From the NCBI RefSeq assembly GCF_009914755.1, contig NC_060944.1: DNA of 64,000 nt, one strand, 5' to 3'. How positions within the stretch are numbered: position 1 is the first letter of the stretch; every line of letters begins with the position of its first letter. Under the pieces are notes generated by a model. It did not search any database, had not been told where the DNA came from, and saw nothing but the letters and a program-made list of their open reading frames with translations. Made by a program: the position numbers and the translations under genes. Below are positions 62,045-64,000 of the stretch, piece after piece. The stretch is from the human T2T-CHM13v2.0 reference genome, Homo sapiens.

Positions 62045-63684
62045 GGAGAAAAATGATGGATAGGAGACAGGACTAACTTGTAGCTCCCATTCAGATGGAC
62101 AGAGCAACATGTGGAGACTCACACTGTGGACTTTTGCTCCAAAACCTACCACAGGAACATACCAGGAAAGCCAAGAGAATCCACAGAACCTTTGAAGGAA
62201 ACTGATTGCTGCTGCAGGTCCCTGGAGACAACGGAAAAAACTCCGAAGACAAAGGACATAATCTCTTGGGAGCTCTAGGGCCCTGCTCACCTCCTGATCC
62301 TCCCTACATTACTGCAGCTAATGCTGTCTTGAAAGTACCACCTCCTGGCTGGAGGCCAATCAACACAAAACTAGCACAACAAACAAAAATACAACCAAGA
62401 CCCTCACAGAGTCCACTTCGCTCCCCTGCTACCTCCACCAGAGCAGGTGCTGGTATCCACAGCTGAGAGACCTGAAGACATCACATCACAGGACTCTGTG
62501 CAGACACTCCAGTACCAGTCTGGAGCCCAGTAGCTCCACTGGTTGTCTAGATCCAGAAGAGAAATAACAATCACTGCAGTTTGGCTGTCAGGAAGCCATA
62601 TCCCTGGGGGAAGGGGGAGAGCACCACATCAAGGGAGCACCCCATGGGACAAAAGAATCTGAACAGCAACACTCGAACTCCAGATCTTCCCTCTGACATA
62701 GTCTACCCAAATGAAAATGAAACAGAAAAACAATCCTGGTAATAGGACAAAACAAGGTTCTTTAACACCCCCAAAAGATCACACTAGCTCACCAGCAATG
62801 GATTCAAACCAAGAAGAAATCTCTGAATTGCCAAAAAAAGAATTCAGAAGGTCGATTATTAAGCTAATCAAGGAGGCACCAGAAAAAGGTGAAGTCCAAC
62901 TTAATGAAATCAAAAAAATGATACAAGATATGAAGGGAAAAATCTTCAGTGAAATAGACAGAGTAAATAAATAACAGTCACAACTTCTAGAAATGAAGGA
63001 GATACTTAGAGAAATGCAAAATGCACTGGAAAGTCTCAGCAATAGAACCAAACAAGTAGAAGAAAGAACTTCAGAGCTTGAAGACAAGGCTTTCCTATTA
63101 ACCCAATCTAACAAACACAAAGAAAAAAGAATTCAAAAATGAACAAAGCCTCCAAGAAGTTTGTTGGTCTTGAGGAAGAAGAGAAATCTAAAAGTCTGGA
63201 AAGCATGTGTGAGGGAATAATTGAGGAAAACTTCCCTGGCCTTGCTAGAGATCTATACACCTAAATACAAGAAGCTCAAAGAACACCTGGGAGATTTATG
63301 GCAAAAAGAGCATCACTTAGGCACATAGTCATCAGGTTATCTAAAGTCAAGATGAAGGAAAGAATCTTAAGAGCTGTAAGGCAAAAGCATCAGGTAACCT
63401 GTAAAGGAAAACCTATCAGATTAACAGCAAATTTCTCAGCAGAAACCCTACAAGCTGGAAGGAATTGGGGCCCTATCTTTAGCCTCCTTAAACAAAACAA
63501 TTATCACCCAAGAATTTTGTGTCCAGTGAAACTAAGCTTCATAAATGAAAAAAAAAGATACACCTTTTTTCAGACAAACAAATGCTGAGAGAATTCACCA
63601 CTACCAAGCCAGCACTACAAGATCTGCTAAAAGGAGCTCTAAAGCTTAAAACACATCCTCAAAATACACCAAAATAGAGCCTCC
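62045..63684 (+). mobile_element. L1PB-type 5' UTR plus degraded ORF1
   Basis: ORF1p remnants ELPKKEFRRSIIKLIKE and RHIVIRLSKVKMKERILRAVRQKHQVTCKGKPIRLTANFSAETLQ. Confidence 0.87.
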
Positions 63685-63990
63685 TTTTTTTCTTTTTTTT
63701 TTTTTTTTGAGACAGTCTTGATCTGTCGCCCAGGCTAGAGTGCAGTGGTGCTATCTTGGCTCACTGCAAGCTCCACCTCCTGGGTTCATGCCATTCTCCT
63801 GTCTCAGCCTCCTGAGTAGCTGGGACTACAGGTGCCCGCCACCACGCCTGGCTATTTTTTTTTTGTATTTTTAGTAGAGATGGGGTTTCACCGTGTTAGC
63901 CAGGGTGATCTCAATCTCCTGACCTCGTGATCTGCCTGCCTCAGCCTCCCAAAGTGCTGGGATTACAGGCGTGAGCCACTGCACCCGGCC
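63685..63990 (-). mobile_element. AluY-like inserted in L1
   Basis: TSD aatagagcct. Confidence 0.88.
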
Positions 63991-64000
63991 AATAGAGCCT

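Noticed and set aside
62711-63588. Possible intact L1 ORF1
   Set aside because: Split by stops and frameshifts; an old L1PB-type fossil interrupted by an Alu.

Overview
Primate (human-like) genomic DNA, very rich in repeats. Bases 1 to ~11.2 kb hold the last four coding exons and 3' UTR of KAT14/CSRP2BP (GNAT acetyltransferase of the ATAC complex) on the + strand. The remaining ~53 kb appears intergenic. It contains more than 30 Alus, a two-LTR THE1 element, an SVA with a 19-bp TSD, solo LTRs (LTR7/HERV-H, LTR12/ERV9, THE1, MLT1, an ERV1-type LTR), MER1A and Tigger1 DNA transposons, old L1 fragments, a ~1.8-kb C-rich minisatellite with a ~42-bp unit, and a GGCT processed pseudogene. Three things are not explained by ordinary annotation. 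(i) There are at least four short (100-330 bp) copies of nearby sequence, two inverted and two direct, some with microhomology, filler or fold-back scars, consistent with local templated-insertion repair. (ii) The GGCT retrocopy lacks the exon-2-equivalent segment and sits inside the linker of an AluJ. (iii) The minisatellite carries a CCACACCC (KLF-type) motif in most units, has higher-order structure, and appears to have grown out of an ancient L1 3' UTR. Repeat subfamily names come from recalled consensus sequences, and repeat boundaries and identities were estimated by eye. I found no evidence of a new protein-coding system.
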